Shown here in pieces: positions 54,069 to 63,745 of a DNA stretch of 64,000 nucleotides. The stretch comes from Sphingomonas sp. GTDB lineage: Bacteria; Pseudomonadota; Alphaproteobacteria; Sphingomonadales; Sphingomonadaceae. The stretch covers positions 53,677 to 117,676 of the forward strand of contig JBMOGG010000001.1 of the NCBI GenBank assembly GCA_049318505.1, written 5' to 3'. Under the pieces are notes generated by a model. The model was not told where the DNA came from. It ran no database searches and saw only the letters and a list, made by a program, of their open reading frames with translations. The stretch's first letter is position 1; each line of letters starts with the position of its first letter. Made by a program: the position numbers and the translations under genes.

Positions 54069-55673
54069 ATGACGATGACCAATCCCGCCGCCCTCCGCGC
54101 CCCAGCCCTCGCCTCCAAGGCCTGGCCCTATGAAGAGGCGCGCAAACTGCTGAAGCGCTACCCTGACGGCAAGCCCCCCAAGAACGGGCAGGCCGCGCCG
54201 GTCATCTTCGAGACAGGCTATGGCCCGTCGGGGCTCCCGCACATCGGCACCTTCAACGAAGTGTTGCGTACGACGATGGTCCGCCATGCCTTTCAGGCGA
54301 TGAGCGACGCACCGACGCGGTTGATCGAATTCTCGGACGACATGGACGGCCTGCGCAAGGTGCCGGACAATGTCCCCAACCAGGCGATGCTGGCCGAACA
54401 TCTCGGCAAGCCGCTCAGCCGCATCCCCGACCCGTTCGGCAAGTTCGAAAGCTTCGCGCACCACAACAACGCGATGCTGCGCGACTTCCTCGACCGGTTC
54501 GGGTTCGAGTACGAGTTCATTTCGTCGTCGTCGCAATATGAAAGCGGTGCGTTCGACGAGGCCTTGCGCGGCATTCTGCGTCACTATGACGCGATCATGG
54601 GTGTCATGCTGCCGACGCTGCGCAAGGAACGCGCGGCCAGCTATTCGCCGGTCCTCCCGATCAGCGAGAAGACCGGCGTCGTGATGCAGGTCCCGGTCGA
54701 AGTCGTCGATGCCGAGGCGGGGCTGATCCGCTTCGAAGATCCCAGCTATGGCGGCGGCGGCGACATGGTCACGCAGAGCATCTTCGGCGGCAAGGCCAAG
54801 CTGCAGTGGAAAGTCGACTGGGCGATGCGCTGGGTCGCGCTCGGCGTCGATTACGAGATGTACGGCAAGGACCTGATCGACAGCGGCATCCAGTCGGGCA
54901 AGATCGCGCGCATCCTGGGCGGCCGCCCGCCTGAAGGGTTCGTCTACGAGATGTTCCTCGATGAGGCAGGCGAAAAGATTTCGAAATCGAAGGGCAATGG
55001 CCTGACGCTTGAGCAATGGCTCGAATATGGCACGCAGGAAAGCCTGTCCTTCTACGCCTATCGCGAACCAAAGAAGGCCAAGTCGCTGCACATCGGGGTC
55101 ATCCCGCGCGCGGTCGACGAATATTTCCAGTTTCGCGGGAATTACGCAGAGCAAGCGCTCGAGCAGCAGCTCGGCAATCCTGTGCACCATATCCACAATG
55201 GCGCCGTGCCGGGCGAGGTGCCGCCGGTGACGTTTGGCCTGTTGCTCAACCTGGCAGGAGTGCTCGGGGCGGGCGCGACGGCGGAGCAGGTGCGCGGCTA
55301 CCTGTCGAACTATGTGGCGGGGGCGATCACGCCTGAACTCGATGCGCTGATCAGCCATGCGCTGGCTTACAACCGCGATTACGTCGCGCCGACGCTTCGG
55401 CGTCGCAAGCCCGAGGGCGTCGAGGTGGCGGCGCTCGAACGGCTCGACCGCGAGCTGGAAGCCGTGCCGGCCGACGCGACCGCGACCGCGCTCCAGAACA
55501 TCGTCTACGCCATCGGTAACGAAGGCGGGTTCGAGCAGCTCCGCGACTGGTTCAAGGCGCTGTATGAGACGCTGCTGGGCAGCAGCGCCGGGCCGCGCAT
55601 GGGCAGCTTCATCGCGCTCTACGGCGTCGAGCCGTCGCGCGCGCTGATCAGGGAAGCATTGGACCAGGCGTAA
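54069..55673 (+). CDS. lysK: lysine--tRNA ligase, class I
   Basis: HIGT (HIGH-type) and KISKSKGNG (KMSKS-type) motifs; class I LysRS length. Confidence 0.92.
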   Translation: MTMTNPAALRAPALASKAWPYEEARKLLKRYPDGKPPKNGQAAPVIFETGYGPSGLPHIGTFNEVLRTTMVRHAFQAMSDAPTRLIEFSDDMDGLRKVPDNVPNQAMLAEHLGKPLSRIPDPFGKFESFAHHNNAMLRDFLDRFGFEYEFISSSSQYESGAFDEALRGILRHYDAIMGVMLPTLRKERAASYSPVLPISEKTGVVMQVPVEVVDAEAGLIRFEDPSYGGGGDMVTQSIFGGKAKLQWKVDWAMRWVALGVDYEMYGKDLIDSGIQSGKIARILGGRPPEGFVYEMFLDEAGEKISKSKGNGLTLEQWLEYGTQESLSFYAYREPKKAKSLHIGVIPRAVDEYFQFRGNYAEQALEQQLGNPVHHIHNGAVPGEVPPVTFGLLLNLAGVLGAGATAEQVRGYLSNYVAGAITPELDALISHALAYNRDYVAPTLRRRKPEGVEVAALERLDRELEAVPADATATALQNIVYAIGNEGGFEQLRDWFKALYETLLGSSAGPRMGSFIALYGVEPSRALIREALDQA

Positions 55674-56037
55674 AGCTTCGCCGCGCGAGCACGATTGCCG
55701 CAATCATGGCAGCCTCGATAAGCATCGGCGGGAAGGTCGTCGCAACCACGCCGTCGAGCGCGATGCTGACGAACCGCCCAGTCAGCGCCGTGCCCAGCAG
55801 CACCAGCGGGACGATCAGCGGCTTCGGATCGGTCCGCCATGCCCCGGCGAGCGCGAAGAGTCCGCCGGTCAGGAAAAAGGCGGGAAAGTCGGCGCGGGCG
55901 GTGGCCAGCCCTTGAATGCCGATCGGCGACAGCGCGAACTGCGCGGCCAACTTGGTCGGATTGAATAGAAAACCCAGTCCGATCAGAATGTTGAACAGGC
56001 CAGCCAGCCCGAGAACTCCCCGCATTGCTTGACGCAT
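55648..56037 (-). CDS. small 4-TM membrane protein (DUF4345-like)
   Basis: Hydrophobic 129-aa ORF with an AGGAGAGGG RBS before the ATG at 56037. Overlaps the lysK 3' end by 26 nt. Confidence 0.6.
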   Translation of the reverse strand: MRQAMRGVLGLAGLFNILIGLGFLFNPTKLAAQFALSPIGIQGLATARADFPAFFLTGGLFALAGAWRTDPKPLIVPLVLLGTALTGRFVSIALDGVVATTFPPMLIEAAMIAAIVLARRSFTPGPMLP

Positions 56038-56052
56038 AATTATCCCTCTCCT

Positions 56053-56083
56053 GATCTAATGGCATTGCCAATGCCATTAGATC
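56053..56083. promoter_or_regulatory. perfect 31-nt palindrome in a divergent promoter gap (core TGGCAT-N5-ATGCCA)
   Basis: gatctaatggcattg-c-caatgccattagatc; the 15-bp arms were checked base by base. Confidence 0.7.
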
Positions 56084-56121
56084 GGCCGATAGTCGAACCC
56101 TGATTGGAGAGGGGGGCGATA

Positions 56122-57210
56122 ATGCGCGCACGGACCAAGATCTTGCTCGCCCTGGCGGGCATCATACTCACTGTTTTTGTCGCCTTCCGCTGGCAGCAGG
56201 CGACGATCGGTGCGGCGCTGTTCGAACGGGCCGTTGGCGAGCGCGTCGGCCGCGACAGCACGGCCGACCTGCCCGACGGGCTGCACGTCGCACTGTGCGG
56301 CACCGGCTCGCCGCTGCCCAATCCCGTCCGCGCGGGGCCGTGTACTGTCGTCATCGCCGGCAAGCAGGTCTTTGTCGTCGACATCGGCGAGGGGGGCGGG
56401 CGCAATATCAACCTCATGGGCCTGCCACTCGGGCGGCTATCCGGCGTGTTCCTGACCCATTTTCATTCCGACCATATAGACGGCATGGGCCCGCTTATGC
56501 TCACCCGCTGGACGGCGGGTACCAACACTTCCCCGTTGCCCGTTTATGGCCCGACCGGCGTCGACCGCGTCGTGGCGGGGTTCAATGCCGCCTACGCGAT
56601 CGACGACACCTATCGCACCGGGCATCACGGCCCCGCGATCGCGCCGCCGACCGGTGCGGGCGGCATTGCGATGCCCTATGCACTGCCCGAACCCGGCCTG
56701 GGTGATGTGGTCGTCGTCCTCGAGAAGGACGGGCTGAAGGTCACCGCGATCCGTGTCGATCATGGCCCGGTCAAACCGGCGGTTGGCTATCGCTTCGACT
56801 ACAAGGGCCGCTCGGTCGTGATCAGCGGCGACACGGCGAAATCGGCAACGTTGGTAGCCGCAGCCAAGGGCGCTGACTTGCTCGTCCACGAAGCACTGCA
56901 GCCAAAACTGGTGAAGATGATGACCGCAAGTTTCGCGGCGAAGGACATGAAGAACCTTGCCCAGATCACGCGCGATATCCTCAACTACCACACGACGCCC
57001 GAAGAGGCGGCGGAGGTTGCGAAGGCGACGGGTGCGAAGGAACTGGTGCTCAGTCACATCGTCCCGTCAATCCCGTCGAAACTTTTCTACCCGGCTTTTC
57101 TCGGCGATGCCGCATCGCGCTACGCGGGCCCGATCGTGGTGGGTGAAGACGGGATGATGTTCAGCCTGCCCGCAGGCAAAACCGATATCGTCCAGAGCCG
57201 ATTGATGTAA
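56122..57210 (+). CDS. membrane-anchored MBL fold metallo-hydrolase (RNase Z-like)
   Basis: THFHSDHIDG motif and an N-terminal TM. GGAGAGGGGGG RBS precedes the ATG at 56122. Confidence 0.8.
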   Translation: MRARTKILLALAGIILTVFVAFRWQQATIGAALFERAVGERVGRDSTADLPDGLHVALCGTGSPLPNPVRAGPCTVVIAGKQVFVVDIGEGGGRNINLMGLPLGRLSGVFLTHFHSDHIDGMGPLMLTRWTAGTNTSPLPVYGPTGVDRVVAGFNAAYAIDDTYRTGHHGPAIAPPTGAGGIAMPYALPEPGLGDVVVVLEKDGLKVTAIRVDHGPVKPAVGYRFDYKGRSVVISGDTAKSATLVAAAKGADLLVHEALQPKLVKMMTASFAAKDMKNLAQITRDILNYHTTPEEAAEVAKATGAKELVLSHIVPSIPSKLFYPAFLGDAASRYAGPIVVGEDGMMFSLPAGKTDIVQSRLM

Positions 57211-57258
57211 TCTGGTACCCTCCCGAAAGAGGAGACGCGTAAAATAGGGGAGGTCCTG

Positions 57259-59151
57259 ATGAAACTGCCGATGAAGACGTCGCTGGCGCTGGGCATCGCT
57301 CTGCTTGCGCTCGCAGCGTGCCAGCGCACGGGCAGCATGAACGGCAAGACCGATGCCGATGTGAAACTGACCGCCTATCCTGAGCGGGTCTACTGGGGCG
57401 ACACGCACCTTCATACCAGCAACTCGGTCGACGCCTTCGCCTTTGGAGCAAAGCTAGGGCCTGAAGATGCGCTGCGGTTCGCGCGCGGCACGGAAGTGAC
57501 AGCGACCGGTGGCCTCAAGGCAAAGCTTGACCGGCCGCTCGACTTCCTCGTGATCGCCGATCACTCGGGCGGGCTGGGCGCGACGCAGGCGCTCTATGAT
57601 GCGCCGCGCCTGTTCATCCGCGACCCTACCCTGCTGCGCTGGCATGACACGATGCATGAAGGGCCGGCAGGGCGCCTGAAGGTGACCGCCGAGCTGATCG
57701 ACCTTGCCGGCCGCAACGCACTGCCTCCCGCGTTCCGCGATCGCGAGGGACAGAATAAACGGACGGCCAAGATCTGGACAACGCACAGCAGTATCGTCGA
57801 ACGCTATAACGAGCCCGGCAAGTTCACCGCTTTCATCGGGTTCGAGTACTCGCTGATGCCGCGCGGCGACAATATGCACCGCGTCGTCATGTTCCGCGAC
57901 GGTAAGGACAAGACCGATAAGGTCCTGCCCTATGATCCGGGACAAGGCGACGCGCCGGTCAGCCAGCTGTGGGACTATATGGACGCCTATCAAAAGGCGA
58001 CGGGCGGGCAGGTGCTCGCCATTCCGCACAACAGCAATGTGTCGAGTGGATTGATGTTCGAGATGGTCGGCCCCGGTGGTGGGCCGATGACGGCGGCCTA
58101 TGCCCGCCGGCGCGCAGGGCACGAGCCGCTGGTTGAGGTGACACAAATCAAGGGCGACAGCGAGGCGCACCCTTTTCTTTCGCCCAACGACGAATTTGCC
58201 GATTTCGGCAAGGCCGGCTGGGACATCGGCAACCTGACGATGCAGCGCAAATCAACGCCCGACATGCAGGCGGGCAATTACGTGCGTGAAGCGTTGAAGC
58301 GGGGCCTTGCCATCGAGGCGCGCACCGGCGTCAACCCGTATAAGTTCGGCCTGATCGGCTCGACGGACAGCCACACCGGCCTTGCGACGACCGATGAAAA
58401 CAACTTCTTCGGCAAGCATTCGGGCGTTGAGCCTGGCCCCATGCGCGCGTCGGCTCCTCAGAATCTTGGCAACACGCAAGGGCGCTTTGGCTGGCAGTAT
58501 CTGGCCGGCGGCTATGCGGGCGTCTGGGCACGGGGCAATTCGCGCAGTGCGATCTTCGACGCGATGCTACGCAAGGAAACCTATGCGACCAGCGGCCCGC
58601 GGATGACCGTGCGCTTCTTCGGCGGGTGGAATTTTGGTACCGATGCGCTGAAGGGCGACTGGGTCAAGGCCGCCTATGCGGCAGGCGTTCCGATGGGCGG
58701 TGACCTAAGCGGACCCAAGGGCGCGCCGAAGTTCATCGTTTCTGCGCTCAAGGACCCAATCGGCGCGAACCTTGACCGCGTCCAGATCGTCAAGGGCTGG
58801 ATCGATGCGACCGGCACGCTGCACGAGAAGATCTTCAATGTCGTCTGGAGCAATCCCGAAACGCGCAAAGCTGTCGGCGACAAGCTGACGCCGGTCGGCG
58901 ACACCGTCGATATTGCGACCGCGAGCTACAAGAATACCATCGGCGCCCCGCAACTGGCGACAGTGTGGACCGATCCCGAATTCAACGCGGCACAAAAAGC
59001 ATTCTACTACGTCCGGGTGCTCGAAATCCCGACACCGCGCTGGGTGCTGTTCGACGCGCTGCGCTACAAGGCAAAGCTGCTGCCCGGCACACGCCTGAAG
59101 GACCAGGAGCGCGCCTATACCTCGCCGATCTGGTATCACCCCAAGGGATGA
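57259..59151 (+). CDS. DUF3604 domain-containing lipoprotein
   Basis: Lipobox LLALAAC and YWGDTHLHTSNSVDAF (PHP-like metal site); 630 aa. Confidence 0.8.
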   Translation: MKLPMKTSLALGIALLALAACQRTGSMNGKTDADVKLTAYPERVYWGDTHLHTSNSVDAFAFGAKLGPEDALRFARGTEVTATGGLKAKLDRPLDFLVIADHSGGLGATQALYDAPRLFIRDPTLLRWHDTMHEGPAGRLKVTAELIDLAGRNALPPAFRDREGQNKRTAKIWTTHSSIVERYNEPGKFTAFIGFEYSLMPRGDNMHRVVMFRDGKDKTDKVLPYDPGQGDAPVSQLWDYMDAYQKATGGQVLAIPHNSNVSSGLMFEMVGPGGGPMTAAYARRRAGHEPLVEVTQIKGDSEAHPFLSPNDEFADFGKAGWDIGNLTMQRKSTPDMQAGNYVREALKRGLAIEARTGVNPYKFGLIGSTDSHTGLATTDENNFFGKHSGVEPGPMRASAPQNLGNTQGRFGWQYLAGGYAGVWARGNSRSAIFDAMLRKETYATSGPRMTVRFFGGWNFGTDALKGDWVKAAYAAGVPMGGDLSGPKGAPKFIVSALKDPIGANLDRVQIVKGWIDATGTLHEKIFNVVWSNPETRKAVGDKLTPVGDTVDIATASYKNTIGAPQLATVWTDPEFNAAQKAFYYVRVLEIPTPRWVLFDALRYKAKLLPGTRLKDQERAYTSPIWYHPKG

Positions 59152-59963
59152 CGCTTTGGGCATATGCCAGGCGGCTCGTGCGCGAGCCGCTAGTGCATTT
59201 CCTTGTTGCAGGCGCGCTGATTTTCGCCGTCTGGGGCGGCGGGGGCGACGTCGCCGACCGGTCGATCACGGTGAACGAAGCGCAGGTGCGTGCGCTGACC
59301 GAACAGTGGGAACAGCAATGGCACCGCCAGCCGACTCCTGCCGAAATCGACGGGCTGATCCGCGACCTCATCAAGGACGAGGTCTACTACCGCGAGGCGC
59401 TCCTTATGGGCCTCGACAAGGATGACCTCATCATTCGGCGGCGCCTGCGATCGAAGATGGAGTTTTTGGTCGCGGCGCAGGCCGAGAACGAGGCACCGAG
59501 CGACGCTGCCCTGCAGAGCTGGCTCGATGGGCACCGGCGCGATTATGCGACAGCCCCGGCGCTGAGTTTCGACCAGATCTATGTCGGCAGCGATATCGGC
59601 CGCGCTGCCACCGCGCTCGTGGACCTCGAAAAGGGCGCCGACCCGGCGCGCATCGCTTTGCCCCTGTCCGTGCCCCCAACGCTCGACAATGCGTCATCGG
59701 GGGATGTCGATCGCCAGTTCGGTGATGGCTTTGCCAAGGCCGTCGCCGTCCAGCCGCTCGGTCGCTGGGCAGGGCCTGTGGCGTCGGGTTTCGGGCAACA
59801 CCTCGTCCGCCTGCGCAAGCTGACCCCCGGCGCGCTGCCGCCGCTGTCAGCCGTGCGCATGGCGGTCGAGAACGACTGGCGCGAGGCGAACCGCACAGCC
59901 CGAGAGAACGCCGCCTATCAGGCGCTGCTCGACGGCTACACCATCCGGATCGCCAAGCCCTGA
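59148..59963 (+). CDS. membrane-anchored peptidyl-prolyl isomerase-like (parvulin/SurA-type) protein
   Basis: N-terminal TM (LVHFLVAGALIFAVW). ATGA overlap with the DUF3604 gene. The family call rests on remembered cluster context. Confidence 0.55.
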   Translation: MTLWAYARRLVREPLVHFLVAGALIFAVWGGGGDVADRSITVNEAQVRALTEQWEQQWHRQPTPAEIDGLIRDLIKDEVYYREALLMGLDKDDLIIRRRLRSKMEFLVAAQAENEAPSDAALQSWLDGHRRDYATAPALSFDQIYVGSDIGRAATALVDLEKGADPARIALPLSVPPTLDNASSGDVDRQFGDGFAKAVAVQPLGRWAGPVASGFGQHLVRLRKLTPGALPPLSAVRMAVENDWREANRTARENAAYQALLDGYTIRIAKP

Positions 59964-60940
59964 TGCGCATGTGGCTGTGGCTTGCCGTGCTTGGGCTGCT
60001 CGCTTCAGGCACCGCCCAGGCCGACGAGCTCCGTCCCGGCTATCTCGAAATCACCCAACACGACGCGCGAGCCTGGCATGTGCGGCTCAAGGCTCCGGTC
60101 AAAGGCGGCCTCGCCACGAACGCCAATCCGGCGATGCCCGGCTTCTGCACTGCAGGCCCGCCCGTCCGCAGTCTCGCGCAAGGATCGCTCTATTCGGACT
60201 GGCGCTACGATTGTGCGCAGTCGCTCGTCGGGGCAAAGGTCGGCCTGTCGGGCCTCGACAAGACCGTCACCGATGCGCTGGTGCGGATCGCGCCGCTGGG
60301 GCGCACGGTGCAGGCAGTGCGGCTGACAAGTGCGGCGCCCATGACCCAAGTGGCCGCCCGCGCCGGGTCCATGCAGGTAGCCGGCACCTATTTCGTGCTC
60401 GGCATCGAACACATCCTCAGCGGCTACGACCACCTGCTTTTCGTGCTGTCGCTGGTGCTGTTGCTCGGTAGCGGCTGGGTCGTCGCGCGGACGGTGACGG
60501 CCTTCACCATCGCGCATTCGATCACGCTGGTGGGCGCGACCTTGGGCTTTCTTGGTGTCAGCCAGCAGCCGGTGGAAATCTGCATTGCGCTGTCGATCGT
60601 CTTTCTCGCGGTCGAGGTGGTAAAGCGCGACACTGCGCAACCGCGCCTGTCCGAACGCATCCCTTGGGCGGTGGCCTTCCTGTTCGGCCTGCTTCACGGC
60701 TTCGGCTTTGCCGGCGCGCTGGCCGAAATCGGCATGCCTGAGGGCGAAGTGCCGGTGGCGCTGCTCACCTTCAACCTGGGGGTCGAGGCGGGACAGTTGG
60801 CGATCGTCGTCGTGGCTCTGGGTGTTCTCGCTCTGCTTGGCCGCGTCTCGCGTGGGATGCGGCGTATCTCCGAACGTTTTGCCGCCTATACGATCGGGAT
60901 CACGGCCAGCTTCTGGCTGATCGCGCGCGCGGTCAGCTGA
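59963..60940 (+). CDS. HupE/UreJ family protein with ~130-aa N-terminal periplasmic extension
   Basis: GIEHILSGYDHLLFVLSL and GLLHGFGFAG motifs and a signal peptide. TGATG overlap with the upstream gene. Confidence 0.85.
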   Translation: MRMWLWLAVLGLLASGTAQADELRPGYLEITQHDARAWHVRLKAPVKGGLATNANPAMPGFCTAGPPVRSLAQGSLYSDWRYDCAQSLVGAKVGLSGLDKTVTDALVRIAPLGRTVQAVRLTSAAPMTQVAARAGSMQVAGTYFVLGIEHILSGYDHLLFVLSLVLLLGSGWVVARTVTAFTIAHSITLVGATLGFLGVSQQPVEICIALSIVFLAVEVVKRDTAQPRLSERIPWAVAFLFGLLHGFGFAGALAEIGMPEGEVPVALLTFNLGVEAGQLAIVVVALGVLALLGRVSRGMRRISERFAAYTIGITASFWLIARAVS

Positions 60941-61745
60941 TCCGCGTTGCCGACGATCGGAACAGCGGCCATGCCAGCTGTTCGGCGGCGGTCACCGGTG
61001 GCAAATTCTCGACACCGATCTCCGCTGGATAGCGGCGCGTGATCTTCGCCGTGCCGAACAGCACGTCCCACAAGAACAGCAGATTGCCGAAATTGCCCTT
61101 GTAGTTGGTGATCCCGTCCGACGCATATTTGCCGTGGTGCGCGCTGTGCGTCGCCGGGGTCGAGATCGTCCGCTCCACCACCCACATCACGGGCGACAGC
61201 CATTTGACTGCGTAAAGGGGCCGATCCCACGGCACATCCGAATGCGCGGCGATGATGACCAGCATCTTTACGCAGACGTACGGCACATAGACCGGTCCCA
61301 GGCCCAAATAGATCAGCGCGCCCGAAAACCACAGGCTGGGCATCGTCAGATAGTAGAAGAAGTTGTTCCGGTAGACGATCCGCACCGACATATATTCGCC
61401 GCTGTGGTGCGCACGGTGGAGATTGTAGAGCCACGCAAAGCTGTGCGATGCGCGGTGCCACCAATATTGCATCATGTCGTCGAAGACAAGGAACAGCGCG
61501 ACCTGCGCGAGGATCGGCAGCCCTGCGAAGGCGTCTGCAGCATCGGGCACCGCGACCGCCATCAGCGCATAGGCCATGAGAAGGATCGCCGGCTGCGTCA
61601 CCGTGAGCAGCACGACCGACCCCACCACCTCGACCCAGGCATCCGCGCGGGTCTGGTTCGGCTTGTGAAAGAAGTCCGTCCGGAACATCTCGACCAGCGC
61701 GAAGGCCAGGAAGATGCCGGGAACGATGAGCGCTTCGACCCTCAT
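60933..61745 (-). CDS. fatty acid hydroxylase / sterol desaturase family membrane di-iron enzyme
   Basis: Histidine boxes HRASH, HRAHH and HSAHH. ATGA overlap with the upstream gene at 61742-61745. Confidence 0.85.
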   Translation of the reverse strand: MRVEALIVPGIFLAFALVEMFRTDFFHKPNQTRADAWVEVVGSVVLLTVTQPAILLMAYALMAVAVPDAADAFAGLPILAQVALFLVFDDMMQYWWHRASHSFAWLYNLHRAHHSGEYMSVRIVYRNNFFYYLTMPSLWFSGALIYLGLGPVYVPYVCVKMLVIIAAHSDVPWDRPLYAVKWLSPVMWVVERTISTPATHSAHHGKYASDGITNYKGNFGNLLFLWDVLFGTAKITRRYPAEIGVENLPPVTAAEQLAWPLFRSSATRIS

Positions 61746-62401
61746 GCCGCGTCTCTGCGGGCCAGCCCCTTCTGCGCCATCCGCCATTTCATCTGGTCGA
61801 AGCGATCCTGCCCGTAAAAGGGCTCGTTGTCGAAAACCATCAGCGGCACGCCATAATGGCCGCCGACGCGCTGCGCATCCTGATTGGCCTTGATCGCCGT
61901 ATCATAACGGTCGGGATTGGCGGCGATCTGCGCATCGAGCGTGGCGAGATCGAGTCCCGCGCGCTCGGTGGCGCGCGCCAGGTGATCGCCGACATGCCAG
62001 TCGCGCACCGTGCCGCCAAAGATCAGCGCGCTGACCTCGTCGAGGAAAGCCAGGCCCTTGTCCGCCTCGGTGGCAGCCTGCCCCAATTGCGTCAGGCGAT
62101 AGATATAGGGCTGTTCCTTGGGATAGGTCCGCGTCGCCATGTCCATCACCACCGGGTCGGGGCTCGGCCAGCCAAAGGGCAGACCCAGGAACTCGGCGCA
62201 GCGAAAAATGTCGCGCATAAAATAGGGCAGCCACAGCGGGTCGTTCTTGTCGAAGAATTCGGGCTGGCGGACCGCGATCGGGTAGACGACCCGCACCTTG
62301 CACGCGACGTCGTAATCGCGCTCGAGCGCCACCAGACGCTTGGTCACGAAGTAGCTGTAGGGCGACCGGAACGACCAGTAGAGGTCGTAGCTCAGCGTCA
62401 T
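61742..62401 (-). CDS. 2-hydroxychromene-2-carboxylate isomerase family (DsbA-like) protein
   Basis: LYWSFRSPYSYF N-terminus. ATGA overlap at 62398-62401. Confidence 0.8.
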   Translation of the reverse strand: MTLSYDLYWSFRSPYSYFVTKRLVALERDYDVACKVRVVYPIAVRQPEFFDKNDPLWLPYFMRDIFRCAEFLGLPFGWPSPDPVVMDMATRTYPKEQPYIYRLTQLGQAATEADKGLAFLDEVSALIFGGTVRDWHVGDHLARATERAGLDLATLDAQIAANPDRYDTAIKANQDAQRVGGHYGVPLMVFDNEPFYGQDRFDQMKWRMAQKGLARRDAA

Positions 62402-62826
62402 GCCCCCGCCCCGCCCGACAGCGTGCCGCGCGTCTTGATGTTGAGCTGCCCCGCCAGGCCCGCCGTCCGATGGACCGAGATCGCCTGGTACTCGGGGTCG
62501 CGCACCATCTCCATCATCGCAGCGAGCGACGGATATTCGGCCAGTGCTACCATGTCCCACAGCTCTTCGACGTCGCCTATCATCAGGCCGGTGACGGGCC
62601 CTGCATAGCCCGCGGTCCCCCCGACCTTCTCGATGAAGGCGCGCACCGCCATGCCGTAGCGCAGATAGGCGGCAGCACCCGGGAGGTCGGCATCGCTGCC
62701 ATCGGGGTATTCGGCCTTGTCCTTGAACTTCAGCAGGTTGACCATCACGAACGGCCCATCCTCAGCGCCGCCGAAAAAGGCCCTGCCCTGTTCGGCTGAC
62801 GGCGTGACCCTATTGATGACGTTCAT
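62398..62826 (-). CDS. DUF1330 domain-containing protein
   Basis: DUF1330-like pattern (VMVNLLKFK..., [20 protein letters not shown]). ATGA overlap at 62823-62826. Confidence 0.75.
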   Translation of the reverse strand: MNVINRVTPSAEQGRAFFGGAEDGPFVMVNLLKFKDKAEYPDGSDADLPGAAAYLRYGMAVRAFIEKVGGTAGYAGPVTGLMIGDVEELWDMVALAEYPSLAAMMEMVRDPEYQAISVHRTAGLAGQLNIKTRGTLSGGAGA

Positions 62827-63719
62827 GGCATTGCGACCTCTAGGATGCAGTCGACGAACCCGGCGGGGTCGTCTTCCTGGATGAAATGCCCACCCTTTAG
62901 CGTGGTATGCCGCTGCCCTGCAGTCCCGGGGACGCGCCCGACGAACAGCGCCTCGCCGCCGCGCGTGATCGGGTCGCTGTCGCTGAAGCAGCACAGGAAC
63001 GGCTTGTCCCAGCGGTCGAGCACGTCCCACGCCTTCAGCTGGTCGGCAACCGCGACATTGGGGCCCAACGGGACGAAGGTCGGGAAAATGCGGGCTCCGG
63101 CTTTGTAGCGGCCGTCGGGGAAGGGCGCATCATAAGCGGCGATTTCGGCGTCGGACAGGCCCCGCCGCGTCCCCGCTTTCACGATCCGCCCGATCGGAAA
63201 CAGCGGGCTGTATTTTGAAAAGGCGCGCCAGATCGCAAAGGCGCGTGGCGCGGGCTGGCCAGCGGGAAGGCCACCGTTCGACAGCACCACGCCGTTGAAC
63301 CGTTCGGGCAGTGCGGTGACTAGTCGCAAACCGATCAGCGACCCCCAGTCCTGGCACGCCAGCGTGATGTTCTTAAGGTCGAGCGTTTCGATCCAGCTGC
63401 GCATCCACGCCACATGGCGCGCATAGCTGTAATCGCTTTTCGCCATGGGCTTGTCTGATCGCCCAAAACCGATCAGGTCGGGTGCAACCACGCGCAGGCC
63501 TGACGCCGCAATGGGCCCGATCATGTGGCGATAAAGGTACGACCAAGTCGGCTCGCCATGCATCATCAGCACGACCGGGGCATCGCGCGGACCCTCGTCG
63601 ACATAATGCACGCGCAGCGACGTGCCGTCCTGTGCGTCCGTGATCTGGGCATAATGCGCCGCGAACGGAAAATCGGGGATCGAGCCGAATGCGGCGTCAG
63701 GCGTACGCAGGACCTTCAC
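62823..63719 (-). CDS. haloalkane dehalogenase-like alpha/beta hydrolase
   Basis: [12 protein letters not shown], the nucleophile elbow QDWGS, and a C-terminal GHFIQED. Confidence 0.85.
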   Translation of the reverse strand: MKVLRTPDAAFGSIPDFPFAAHYAQITDAQDGTSLRVHYVDEGPRDAPVVLMMHGEPTWSYLYRHMIGPIAASGLRVVAPDLIGFGRSDKPMAKSDYSYARHVAWMRSWIETLDLKNITLACQDWGSLIGLRLVTALPERFNGVVLSNGGLPAGQPAPRAFAIWRAFSKYSPLFPIGRIVKAGTRRGLSDAEIAAYDAPFPDGRYKAGARIFPTFVPLGPNVAVADQLKAWDVLDRWDKPFLCCFSDSDPITRGGEALFVGRVPGTAGQRHTTLKGGHFIQEDDPAGFVDCILEVAMP

Positions 63720-63745
63720 CAGCTTTTCCCCTCATCCGTAACTAT

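Noticed and set aside
53937-55703. 588-aa minus-strand ORF antisense to lysK. Similar long antisense ORFs occur at 5495-7042 (pepN), 34006-35550 (ligase), 41230-42801 (sdaA), 23926-25080 (sufB), 42207-43355 and 1637-2551.
   Set aside because: Their translations are Arg/Ala/Gly/Pro-rich and low in complexity, with no motifs. They lie exactly opposite strongly supported genes. Long stop-free antisense frames are expected in GC-rich DNA.
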